A DNA stretch of 32,000 nt from an uncultured Chloroflexia bacterium (GCA_963704755.1 OY969938.1:2370001-2402000); one strand, 5' to 3'; positions 15,604-23,675 are shown, counted from the stretch's first letter. Numbers and translations: made by a program. Notes: generated by a model from the letters alone, not told the origin.

Positions 15604-15844
15604 ACACACAAGACCTTATAGACATCGCCAGCACGCTGGTCGCCGGCGATAAAGGCTTGCTGGCAATGGATGAAAGTACGCCAACCTGCAATAAACGTTT
15701 TGCCAGGTTGGGCATTCCTCAGACCGTGGAGACGAGGAGGCCAACGTGGTGGTAGCGCAGCAAGCTCTGGTTCAGCGAGCCATGTGCAACCGGGCGGCGC
15801 GCCGGGGGGAATATACTGTCACGATGGAAAGGACCTGGGCATGA
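15600..15844 (+). pseudogene. class I fructose-bisphosphate aldolase remnant (N-terminus fused out of frame to C-terminus)
   Basis: ATG 15600 overlaps the xfp stop (ATGA). It reads [47 protein letters not shown] (class-I FBA opening GKG.LA.DES..T..KR...G...T.E.RR) and then stops. In the next frame EEANVVVAQQALVQRAMCNRAARRGEYT... matches the extreme C-terminus. The catalytic barrel between the two is missing. Confidence 0.7.
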
Positions 15845-15905
15845 CAGGCAGTATCTCCCTACTTTAAGAAGTCTGTGTCATATCGAACCAAGGAGTATCT
15901 GGATT

Positions 15906-18392
15906 ATGGAACCTAATACCGAACAAACTAAGGATTCCGAACCAAAGCCTAAAACAAAAGAAGACCTGAAATCACTCCCTCTGCCGGAGTTGGAGAAAAA
16001 ACTAAAGTCGTCGCCGGATGGCCTCAGCCAGGTTGAAGCGCAGAAACGGCTGACTCAATACGGCTCTAACGAGATTGAAGAAAAGAAAACCAATCCTTTT
16101 CTGAAATTCCTGACCTATTTTTGGGGGCCAATCCCTTGGATGATCGAGGCAGCCGTGATTCTTTCGGCAGTAGCCCGACATTGGCCGGACTTTGCCATCA
16201 TTCTCCTTTTACTTGTTGCCAACGCCGTAGTCGGTTTCTGGGAAGAACACCAGGCGGGCAACGCCATCGCTGCTCTCAAGGCGAAGCTGGCGGTCAAGGC
16301 CAGGGTGAAACGAGATGGAAAATGGGTAACCCCTGAGGCGCGAGAATTGGTACCGGGCGACGTCATCCGCGTGCGCCTGGGTGATATTGTCCCGGCGGAT
16401 GCGCGCTTGCTGGCGGGCGACCCGGTGGAAGTGGATCAGTCTGCATTGACGGGAGAATCGTTACCTGCCAATCGCAAATCTGGCGAAGCGGTGTTTTCGG
16501 GTTCGATTATCCGCCAGGGCGAGATCGACGCGATGGTGTATGCCACCGGCGCAAACACCTACTTTGGCAAGACCGCCCAACTGGTGCAGGAGGCGCACAC
16601 AGTCAGCCATTTCCAGCGTGCAGTGCTGAAGATTGGCGATTACCTGATCATTCTCGCCGTGGCATTGGTAGCCGTGATCATTACAGTCTCACTCTTCCGT
16701 GGCGATCCCATCCTCACCACATTACAGTTCGCCTTGGTGCTGACCGTGGCTGCTATTCCGGTGGCGATGCCCACGGTGTTGTCTGTGACCATGGCCGTCG
16801 GCGCGCGCCTGCTGGCCAAAAAAGAGGCAATTGTGACCCGGTTGGCAGCCATCGAGGAATTAGCAGGGGTGGACGTGCTGTGTTCGGACAAGACTGGCAC
16901 ATTAACCCAGAACAAACTGACGCTGGGCGATCCGTTTTGCGTGAACGGTATCCCGGCAGACCAGGTTATCCTCTGGGCCGCACTGGCTTCGCGTGCGGAA
17001 GACAAAGACACCATTGACCTGGCAGTGATCGGTGGTTTAAAAAATGATCAGGTTATTAAAGGTTACCAGGTGATCCATTTCCAGCCTTTCGACCCGGTAC
17101 ATAAACGCACCGAAGCCACCGTCAAGGGCACGGACGGGAAAGAGTTCAAGGCGACCAAGGGGGCGCCGCAAGTGATTCTGGAACTGTCGGCCAATGCCGG
17201 GCAGGTCAAACCCGACGTGGATAAGGCGGTTAACGAATTTGCGACACACGGGTACCGCTCATTGGGTGTGGCCAGAGCAGACCAGAATGGCGAGTGGCAG
17301 TTTGTGGGTGTGCTACCCCTGTTCGACCCGCCCCGGGAAGAAGCCAAAGCGACCATCGCGACTGCACGACAGATGGGAATAAACGTCAAGATGGTGACGG
17401 GAGATGCATTGGCCATCGCGCGGGAAACCGCCGGTAAATTGGGGCTGGGCACCAATATCCTGGATGCCAGCGGTTTCGGCGACACGAAGGCTCACGAGAC
17501 GGCCCAGTTAGCGGAGTCCATCGAGAAGGCCGACGGCTTCGCCCAGGTGTTTCCCGAACACAAGTTTCACATTGTGGACGTTTTGCAGCAGCGCGGACAC
17601 ATCGTCGGTATGACCGGCGACGGGGTGAACGACGCGCCCGCGCTGAAGAAAGCCGACTGCGGCATCGCCGTTTCCGGGGCGACAGACGCGGCGCGGGCCG
17701 CGGCGTCTATCGTATTGTTGACGTCTGGCCTATCGGTGATCGTCGACGCGATTAAAGAGAGCCGAAAAATATTCCAGCGAATGAACAGCTATGCCATCTA
17801 TCGCATCGCCGAAACGCTGCGGGTGCTGTTTTTCATGACGCTGGCGATCCTGGTGTTTAACTTCTACCCGGTAACCGCGGTGATGATCGTGATGCTGGCG
17901 CTGCTCAACGATGGCGCCATCCTGTCCATTGCGTATGATAATGTTCATTACAAGGATAAGCCCGAGGCCTGGAACATGCACCTGGTGTTGGGAATCTCCA
18001 CTGTGCTGGGTATTATCGGGGTCATCTCTGCGTTTGGCTTGTTCTATCTCGGCGAGCAAGTCTTTCATCTCGACCAGGGACACATCCAGACATTAATGTA
18101 TTTGAAGCTTTCGGTGGCCGGCCATCTAACGATTTTCCTGACGCGCACGCGCGGCCCGTTCTGGTCCATAAAGCCGGCTAAGATATTATGGGGGGCTGTC
18201 CTCGGCACACAAATCATTGCAACGTTGATCGCGGTTTATGGACTGTTTATGACACCCCTTGGCTGGGGTTGGGCCTTGTTCGTGTGGGGCTATGCCCTGG
18301 CCTGGTTCCTGGTGAATGACCGCGTGAAACTGCTTGCCTATCGTATTTTTGACCCAACCAAGGCCCCCTTGTTGGCCAAAAAAGCCGCATGA
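15906..18392 (+). CDS. P-type ATPase, type IIIA (plasma-membrane H+-ATPase-like)
   Basis: 828-aa ORF with AAGGAG 8 nt upstream. Motifs present: LTGESLP, CSDKTGTLTQNKL, KGAP, MVTGD, MTGDGVNDAPALKKADCGIAV. The N-terminal LSQVEAQKRLTQYGSNEI and the overall length and topology fit the PMA1/AHA-type subfamily. Confidence 0.9.
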   Translation: MEPNTEQTKDSEPKPKTKEDLKSLPLPELEKKLKSSPDGLSQVEAQKRLTQYGSNEIEEKKTNPFLKFLTYFWGPIPWMIEAAVILSAVARHWPDFAIILLLLVANAVVGFWEEHQAGNAIAALKAKLAVKARVKRDGKWVTPEARELVPGDVIRVRLGDIVPADARLLAGDPVEVDQSALTGESLPANRKSGEAVFSGSIIRQGEIDAMVYATGANTYFGKTAQLVQEAHTVSHFQRAVLKIGDYLIILAVALVAVIITVSLFRGDPILTTLQFALVLTVAAIPVAMPTVLSVTMAVGARLLAKKEAIVTRLAAIEELAGVDVLCSDKTGTLTQNKLTLGDPFCVNGIPADQVILWAALASRAEDKDTIDLAVIGGLKNDQVIKGYQVIHFQPFDPVHKRTEATVKGTDGKEFKATKGAPQVILELSANAGQVKPDVDKAVNEFATHGYRSLGVARADQNGEWQFVGVLPLFDPPREEAKATIATARQMGINVKMVTGDALAIARETAGKLGLGTNILDASGFGDTKAHETAQLAESIEKADGFAQVFPEHKFHIVDVLQQRGHIVGMTGDGVNDAPALKKADCGIAVSGATDAARAAASIVLLTSGLSVIVDAIKESRKIFQRMNSYAIYRIAETLRVLFFMTLAILVFNFYPVTAVMIVMLALLNDGAILSIAYDNVHYKDKPEAWNMHLVLGISTVLGIIGVISAFGLFYLGEQVFHLDQGHIQTLMYLKLSVAGHLTIFLTRTRGPFWSIKPAKILWGAVLGTQIIATLIAVYGLFMTPLGWGWALFVWGYALAWFLVNDRVKLLAYRIFDPTKAPLLAKKAA

Positions 18393-18394
18393 TC

Positions 18395-18940
18395 TTATGC
18401 AGTAGATCGCTTTTCACTCTGACCTGCCATAGTCACATCCACCTGGTAATCCTGCTGGTCATCGACCAGACGAATAGAATTATCTATCAGCGGCTGCCCA
18501 TCCAGCAGGATTTGTTCGACGTTACAGGCTATGTGGTCAGGGTTGTGCACCTGGATGAGATATACGGATATTCCGTACTGGTAGCGGGTTTCAAACCCAT
18601 CCCGGCTGGCGGAATAACCGGGGCCACCTGCGGAGCGTAAACGCGCCTTTCAGGGAATACACGAAGAGGATGGCGTCGGGAAAGGCGCGGGGTTGGGCCT
18701 GGCTATCTGTAAAGGGCGGGTAGAAGTCCAGGGTGGGCGGATCTGGATTAAAAGACAAACTACTCCAGGAACGACCATTTCTTTTACCCTGCCGCTCGTT
18801 CCTTTTAATAAGCCAGACTTCTCCCCGGCAACAGACTGATCGCGGTTTAGCGATTTTGCCCCACCTGGAAGGGAATGTTTTGGGAATAGCCCTCGAAAAA
18901 AGATGGATCCATCCGAACTGACCAGAAAGAAGCATAACCA
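18395..18940 (-). pseudogene. possible C-terminal remnant of a GH94 / NdvB-like glycoside phosphorylase, frameshifted
   Basis: Own reverse translation ends ...GGPGYSASRDGFETRYQYGISVYLIQVHNPDHIACNVEQILLDGQPLIDNSIRLVDDQQDYQVDVTMAGQ... then stop (18395-18397). This resembles the F..Y.Y.I.V.NP....V....LDG......I.L.DDG..H.V.V tail of cellobiose/chitobiose-phosphorylase-type enzymes. Upstream sequence continues only in another frame (the 116-aa track ORF). No N-terminal or catalytic part is present. Confidence 0.3.
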
Positions 18941-18943
18941 TCT

Positions 18944-19240
18944 ATGGGAAATATTTTAATCCTCGAAGACGACCCAAATAGGCGCAAGCTGGTGCGGTCA
19001 ACCCGGTCAAACGCGGCTATACCGTCAGTGAGGCAGAAGACAGCCATCAGCATATTCGACACAATAGAATTGATTAACCATGCGCTTAAGGTCAACGTAG
19101 CGAAACCCAGGGAAGAACACTCCCCCACGGGTGACCGCCGCAACAGACGATAGTCTCTTCAGACTGCTCAGCCCAATGGATGCCCTCCGAGTTTCTTGCT
19201 TAAGCCCGAATTGTCGCAAATTTTATTAGGAATTTTATAG
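18944..19240 (+). pseudogene. response-regulator receiver-domain remnant with frameshifts and deletion
   Basis: MGNILILEDDPNRRKLV is the receiver opening. KRGYTVSEAEDSHQ follows in a second frame. A third frame ends ...FLLKPELSQILLGIL, then stop at 19238-19240 (the usual ..fL.KP......L tail). The phospho-acceptor Asp region is not recoverable. Confidence 0.5.
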
Positions 19241-19502
19241 ATTATCACCAGGACGTAGATAGGCCCAGTCAGGTATGATAAGCATCAGGAATTCAAAACT
19301 TTTCTACCCACTCAATTGCTTCATGGATACCACTCAACTGCCTGCCCAACAAATAAAAGGCCAAATTGGTGCGGTGTAGAAGAACTTCGCCAGAGCGGTT
19401 AAGTAATTATGAAGATAGGATTATCTCGGATGTCGAATAAGCCAGGTGCGACCAAAAGCAAAAATTTGTCTTAATCATAGCGCACCCACGTGAAGTGATT
19501 GA

Positions 19503-19748
19503 AACAAGGAGCATGCAAAGCAGGCACAGTCGGCCAATATCCTAGCCAGCGCCACGGCCATTTTAGCCGATCGCGAGGATGCCCAGAAATGTTCTGAAGT
19601 GTATGAGGATCAGGGTAGTTTCTCGCGGCTTGTCAGCCTCATTCGGGAGCACGAAAAAATAGCCGGGACGCTGCATCCTTATATCGAGACGGGGCTGCCG
19701 GACGACGATAAACGATTGGCTCTGGAAAAAGGTCAGCTTTGGTTTTGA
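19503..19748 (+). pseudogene. open frame without a usable start codon (unidentified C-terminal gene fragment)
   Basis: 82 sense codons (NKEHAKQAQSANILASATAILADREDAQKCSEVYEDQGSFSRLVSLIREHEKIAGTLHPYIETGLPDDDKRLALEKGQLWF) read as protein-like helical sequence. The only in-frame start candidate is an internal GTG. I could not assign a family. Confidence 0.25.
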
Positions 19749-19787
19749 GGTTTTGCTATATTAGCAATAATTTGCGCAAAGGAAATT

Positions 19788-20024
19788 ATGAACGAATTAC
19801 AGATAACCAAGATTTTGGAACAGTTTAGCCGCAAGGGTGAGATGGTGGATGGGCAAGTTAAGGTCACCCGCGTCCCGGATTACAAGACCGTTTATATCGA
19901 ACATGTTGGAGAAATTGGACGCGCGGTTATGCTGAGTGAATTCAAAGTGGATGGGAAAATTTATTGGGCAGGGTATAGTTCGCGCAGCGATACTGTCTTC
20001 GTGAGCCAGGCAAGCCCAGACTAG
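19788..20024 (+). CDS. hypothetical small protein (78 aa)
   Basis: ATG lies 6 nt after AAGGAAA. A TGcTATATT extended -10-like element is at 19754-19762. I recognise no family. Confidence 0.45.
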   Translation: MNELQITKILEQFSRKGEMVDGQVKVTRVPDYKTVYIEHVGEIGRAVMLSEFKVDGKIYWAGYSSRSDTVFVSQASPD

Positions 20025-20125
20025 CAGGGCAGATCGATTTTCTGTCCATTGAGATTTCCTTTGAACACAAGAAGCGATTGTGATTAATAACGAATTGACG
20101 ATAAGAGCCATCAAGGAAATAAAAA

Positions 20126-20569
20126 ATGAGTGATCTACAATTTGAAAAAAAAGTCCGCCAGGACGTTGCCAGGGTAAATAAAGATTTGAGCACCCTGGAG
20201 GGAGATAACGGCGCCCGCTTCATTCGGTTTGAGGATGACGTCAGCCAGGCCACCGGAAAAGCTAAAAAAGATCTGATCACGAAGATGGAGGTCAGCGTCA
20301 GCCAGGCAAATGAAGGGATAAAAAGCATGAAGGGCAAGGCCAGGCAGACCGTAGTAACCCTGACAGGTAATGTTAAGGAAAAGGTAGAGCGCGGATTAAG
20401 CCAATACGATGCAAAAGCCCAGGAAGTTGCCGAACAGTTCCCAGGCGGCTTTGGCAAAAAGGTTGCCAGGTACCCCTGGGTAATGATAACGATCGCCCTG
20501 GTTTTTGGTTTCCTGTTGGGTAGTTTACTCAAATCCGGCTCGACATCCTTGAGCAGATCCCAGATTTGA
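20126..20569 (+). CDS. DUF883 / ElaB-YqjD-like stress protein with C-terminal membrane anchor
   Basis: 147-aa ORF. The long helical N-terminal part is rich in K/E/Q/A/V. The C-terminus is YPWVMITIALVFGFLLGSLL, as in ElaB/YqjD/YgaM tail-anchored proteins. AAGGAAA precedes the ATG. Confidence 0.65.
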   Translation: MSDLQFEKKVRQDVARVNKDLSTLEGDNGARFIRFEDDVSQATGKAKKDLITKMEVSVSQANEGIKSMKGKARQTVVTLTGNVKEKVERGLSQYDAKAQEVAEQFPGGFGKKVARYPWVMITIALVFGFLLGSLLKSGSTSLSRSQI

Positions 20570-20607
20570 ACGCCCCTTTTTATATATAAGAGAATAGGAC
20601 AAATACG

Positions 20608-20799
20608 ATGAACAACGATATCTTTGAAGGCAAATGGAAACAACTACGCGGCCAGGCAAAAGTATGGTGGGGCAAGCTCACCGACGATGACCTGGAAAAA
20701 GTTGGCGGTAAATTTGATAATTTAATCGGCGTGCTGCAGGAGAAGTATGGTTATACCCGACAGCAAGCCGAGGAAGAATACAAAAAGAGGACAGGATGA
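20608..20799 (+). CDS. CsbD-family general stress protein
   Basis: 63 aa. GKWKQLRGQAKVWWGKLTDDDLEKVGGKFDNLIGVLQEKYGYTRQQAEEE is a near-textbook CsbD signature. Confidence 0.85.
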   Translation: MNNDIFEGKWKQLRGQAKVWWGKLTDDDLEKVGGKFDNLIGVLQEKYGYTRQQAEEEYKKRTG

Positions 20800-21263
20800 C
20801 AGATTACCAGGATGTAAGGACCACAAAGCACGAACAGGGACAAGAGCAGCGGGCCGTTACTTTTAAGGCCACGCAATTAATCTGGTTGCTGTTGGGCATC
20901 CTCGAAGCCATGATTGCACTACGGGTTGTGTTTAAGTTGATTGGGGTCAACGCCTCCAATTCATTCGCAACGTTTTTATACGGCATAACCCACCTTTTTG
21001 TAGCTCCCTTTGCAAGTTTAACTGGCACTCCGGCCGTTGGCAACATGGTGTTGGAAATCTCTTCGATCATCGCCATGCTCGTGTACCTGCTGATCGCCTG
21101 GGCCATTGAACGGATTGTGTACGTGTCTTTCTACCGCCAGCGCGGACCTGTGACCGTCAGGCAGACGATAGTTTCTGACCATACGCCATTGCAACCATCT
21201 ACGAGCACCAGTCAAACGACTGTTACCGAACGTACAAACACTAAAACACCGGGTTCTCTTTGA
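20796..21263 (+). CDS. YggT-family membrane protein
   Basis: 155-aa ORF whose start overlaps the csbD-like stop (ATGA at 20796-20799). It has two hydrophobic segments with the YGGT-type pattern (..Q.I.....LE..I..R....L.......F..F.Y..T..F..PF). Confidence 0.65.
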   Translation: MTDYQDVRTTKHEQGQEQRAVTFKATQLIWLLLGILEAMIALRVVFKLIGVNASNSFATFLYGITHLFVAPFASLTGTPAVGNMVLEISSIIAMLVYLLIAWAIERIVYVSFYRQRGPVTVRQTIVSDHTPLQPSTSTSQTTVTERTNTKTPGSL

Positions 21264-21345
21264 TCGAGTTTTGTGCCGGAAGGGTTTCCAATTGTGCCCT
21301 TTGAAAACCTGAAGTTGTGTACCGCACCCCGAAAGGAGAAAATAA

Positions 21346-21486
21346 GTGCATCTGATAAATTTCATTGTCTGGCTATCTGCCGGGGCTATTATCGGCTGGT
21401 TTGCCAGCCGAATGGTTATGGCGGAACGTCATATGCAACCCGCTAAGTCAATTGCTGGCAAACACCCCGTCTCTGAAAAGAGCTAG
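21346..21486 (+). CDS. short GlsB/YeaQ/YmgE (Transgly_assoc)-like membrane peptide, possibly truncated
   Basis: GTG lies 7 nt after AAAGGAG. It reads VHLINFIVWLSAGAIIGWFASRMV..., which resembles the first helix of the family (I...I.G.I.G..A). At 46 aa it is too short for the ORF track, and later helices of the family are missing. Confidence 0.35.
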   Translation: MHLINFIVWLSAGAIIGWFASRMVMAERHMQPAKSIAGKHPVSEKS

Positions 21487-21530
21487 CCCCGTTCGCGTCA
21501 CCGATGAAGCAACCTGGGACGCGGTAAATC

Positions 21531-21607
21531 ATTTCGTAACTGCTTCGCCAAACTGGTAAGGGCCTCAAAATTGGCACCTGTTGCACACGCCTAAGCAGTT
21601 ACGAAAT
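21531..21607. repeat. perfect 15-bp inverted repeat with 47-nt spacer
   Basis: ATTTCGTAACTGCTT (21531-21545) pairs with AAGCAGTTACGAAAT (21593-21607). More CGTAAC/GTTAC-containing segments follow up to about 21760, in the region upstream of the HD-GYP gene. Confidence 0.7.
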
Positions 21608-21800
21608 ATGTTAAAAAATCGTAACCGAAGCTCTTGCCAACGCCAAAATTTCAACAACTTTTGCCTTACGGCCAATTAGTTACAAAAATCTAATCATTCG
21701 TGTTAAGACATCTACTTTCGCCTTCAAACCCCTGAACCAATTATCGTAATTAAGGCATCCGGCGAACAATACGTTTCATGACAAGAAATACGGGGATCTT

Positions 21801-23675
21801 ATGGAGAAATCGATCGAATTAACCCTGAAAGCTTCTGAGCTTCGCTACCGGCGCCTGTTTGAAGCGGCCCAAGATGGAATTTTGATTCTGGATGCCGAGA
21901 CAGGTTTGATCGAAGATGTCAACCCTTATTTGGTAAAGATTTTGGGCTTTTCGCGCGAAGAGTTTATCGAAAAAAGGCTATGGGAAGTTGGGGCTTTTCG
22001 AGATATCGAGGCGAATCAGGACGCATTCAAAGCATTACAAGAGGATGAATATATCCGGTATGCCAATTTACCGCTTAGAGCGAAAGATGGCCGGCTTTTA
22101 CAGGTGGAATTTGTCAGCAATGTCTACCTGGTGGGAGAAAAAAAAGTGATCCAATGCAATATCAGGGACAACACTGCCCACAAGAAAGCTGAAGAAAACT
22201 TACAGGATTTTGAGGAAAGATATCACAGGTTGATCGAACACCTTCCTGCAGTTGTTTACTTGACTGCAAGGGGACATGCCCACGCTATGCGTTTCGTCAG
22301 TCAACCGATTGTAGGCCTATTAGGATATTCCGTGGAGGAATGGCTGGCCGATATCAATTTGTGGTCTAAATCGTTACATCCTGATGACCGCCAGCGTGTA
22401 CTGGCAAAAGCCACCGATGCAGAGCGCAATAACCTGCCATTCGAAATGGAATACCGTATGCTTGCCTGCGATGGACGCCTGGTTTGGGTGCATGACCAAA
22501 CTACCCCAGGGAACAACTCGAACGACAAACGTCAACTCAGACAAGGTATCATGCTCGACATTACTGCGCGCAAGCAATCCGAGGAAAAGATCCGGCGACA
22601 GCTTGAGCATCTCACTGCATTGAGCGGTATCGATCGAATTATCGCTGCCAATTTTGATCTACAACTCAGCCTTTCAGAAATTCTCGTCCATGTAACCAAA
22701 GAACTAAGTATTGATGCGGCCGATATCTTGATATTAAATTCCAATTCACACATCCTCGAATTTGGCGCCGAATGCGGCTTCCATACCAAAGCGGTAAGAA
22801 AAGCACAGATTCACCTTGGCGAGAATTTCGCAGGCCGGGTCGCTATGGAACGAAGGCTTATTCAAATTCCAAACCTGAGAAACGAACTGGGAAACCTAAA
22901 CCTGCCTGCTCTATTGAGCGGTGAGGACTTCTCCTGCTATTATGGTGTGCCATTAATCTCCAAGGGGCAGGTTAAAGGCGTTCTGGAAGTCTTCCACCGT
23001 TTTGCATTCCACCCAGATGCAGAATGGTTCGATTTCTTCAACGCACTGGCCGGGCAAGCCGCCATTGCGATCGAGAATGTCGCGCTATTTGAAAGTTTGC
23101 AGCGCTCCAATTCAGAGCTTACCCTGGCTTATGATGCCACAATTGAAGGTTGGTCTCATGCGCTCGACCTGCGCGATAAAGAGACCGAAGGCCATACCCA
23201 GCGTGTAACCGAAATGACCATAAAACTTGCCCGTGCTTTTGGCTTTAGCGAAGAGGAACTGGTACAGGTGCGCTGGGGAGCACTATTGCACGACATTGGC
23301 AAATTAGGCGTCCCCGACGGGATACTTCTCAAACCCGGCCCCCTCACCGATGAAGAATGGGTAATCATGAAAATGCACCCGACTTTTGCCTACCAGATGC
23401 TTTCACCCATTCGTTATTTGCGGTCGGCCCTTGAAATTCCTTATAGCCATCATGAAAAATGGGATGGCACCGGGTACCCCAATGGATTGGAAGGCATTCA
23501 GATACCATTGATCGCCCGTATTTTTGCGGTGGTAGATGTGTGGGACGCGTTAAGATCCGATCGCCCCTATCGTGCAGCCTGGCCAGAAGAAAAAGTATAC
23601 GAACATATCCGCGCTTTATCAGGAACACACTTCGACCCGCAAGTGGTGGAAAAATTCCTGCAGATTATCCGCTAA
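21801..23675 (+). CDS. PAS-PAS-GAF-HD-GYP signalling protein (putative c-di-GMP phosphodiesterase)
   Basis: 624-aa ORF. N-terminal PAS: YRRLFEAAQDGILILDAETGLIEDVNPYLVKILGFSREE. A second PAS and a GAF-like middle part follow. The C-terminal HD-GYP domain has HTQRV, LLHDIGKLGVPD and HHEKWDGTGYPNGL. Confidence 0.85.
   Translation: MEKSIELTLKASELRYRRLFEAAQDGILILDAETGLIEDVNPYLVKILGFSREEFIEKRLWEVGAFRDIEANQDAFKALQEDEYIRYANLPLRAKDGRLLQVEFVSNVYLVGEKKVIQCNIRDNTAHKKAEENLQDFEERYHRLIEHLPAVVYLTARGHAHAMRFVSQPIVGLLGYSVEEWLADINLWSKSLHPDDRQRVLAKATDAERNNLPFEMEYRMLACDGRLVWVHDQTTPGNNSNDKRQLRQGIMLDITARKQSEEKIRRQLEHLTALSGIDRIIAANFDLQLSLSEILVHVTKELSIDAADILILNSNSHILEFGAECGFHTKAVRKAQIHLGENFAGRVAMERRLIQIPNLRNELGNLNLPALLSGEDFSCYYGVPLISKGQVKGVLEVFHRFAFHPDAEWFDFFNALAGQAAIAIENVALFESLQRSNSELTLAYDATIEGWSHALDLRDKETEGHTQRVTEMTIKLARAFGFSEEELVQVRWGALLHDIGKLGVPDGILLKPGPLTDEEWVIMKMHPTFAYQMLSPIRYLRSALEIPYSHHEKWDGTGYPNGLEGIQIPLIARIFAVVDVWDALRSDRPYRAAWPEEKVYEHIRALSGTHFDPQVVEKFLQIIR

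Noticed and set aside
15845-15905. Riboswitch upstream of the P-type ATPase (M-box) or of the HD-GYP gene (c-di-GMP class I/II)
   Set aside because: The ATPase is preceded directly by the aldolase remnant, leaving only about 60 nt. I could not find the conserved cores of these riboswitch classes in either upstream region. This was checked by eye only.
19942-20643. 233-aa minus-strand ORF covering the DUF883/ElaB-like gene
   Set aside because: It is antisense to a gene with a recognisable tail-anchor architecture and RBS. The sequence is low-complexity Ser/Leu/Phe/Arg-rich with no start context. The same judgement applies to 25100-25786 (-) inside the RNB gene and 28465-29187 (-) inside ftsH.
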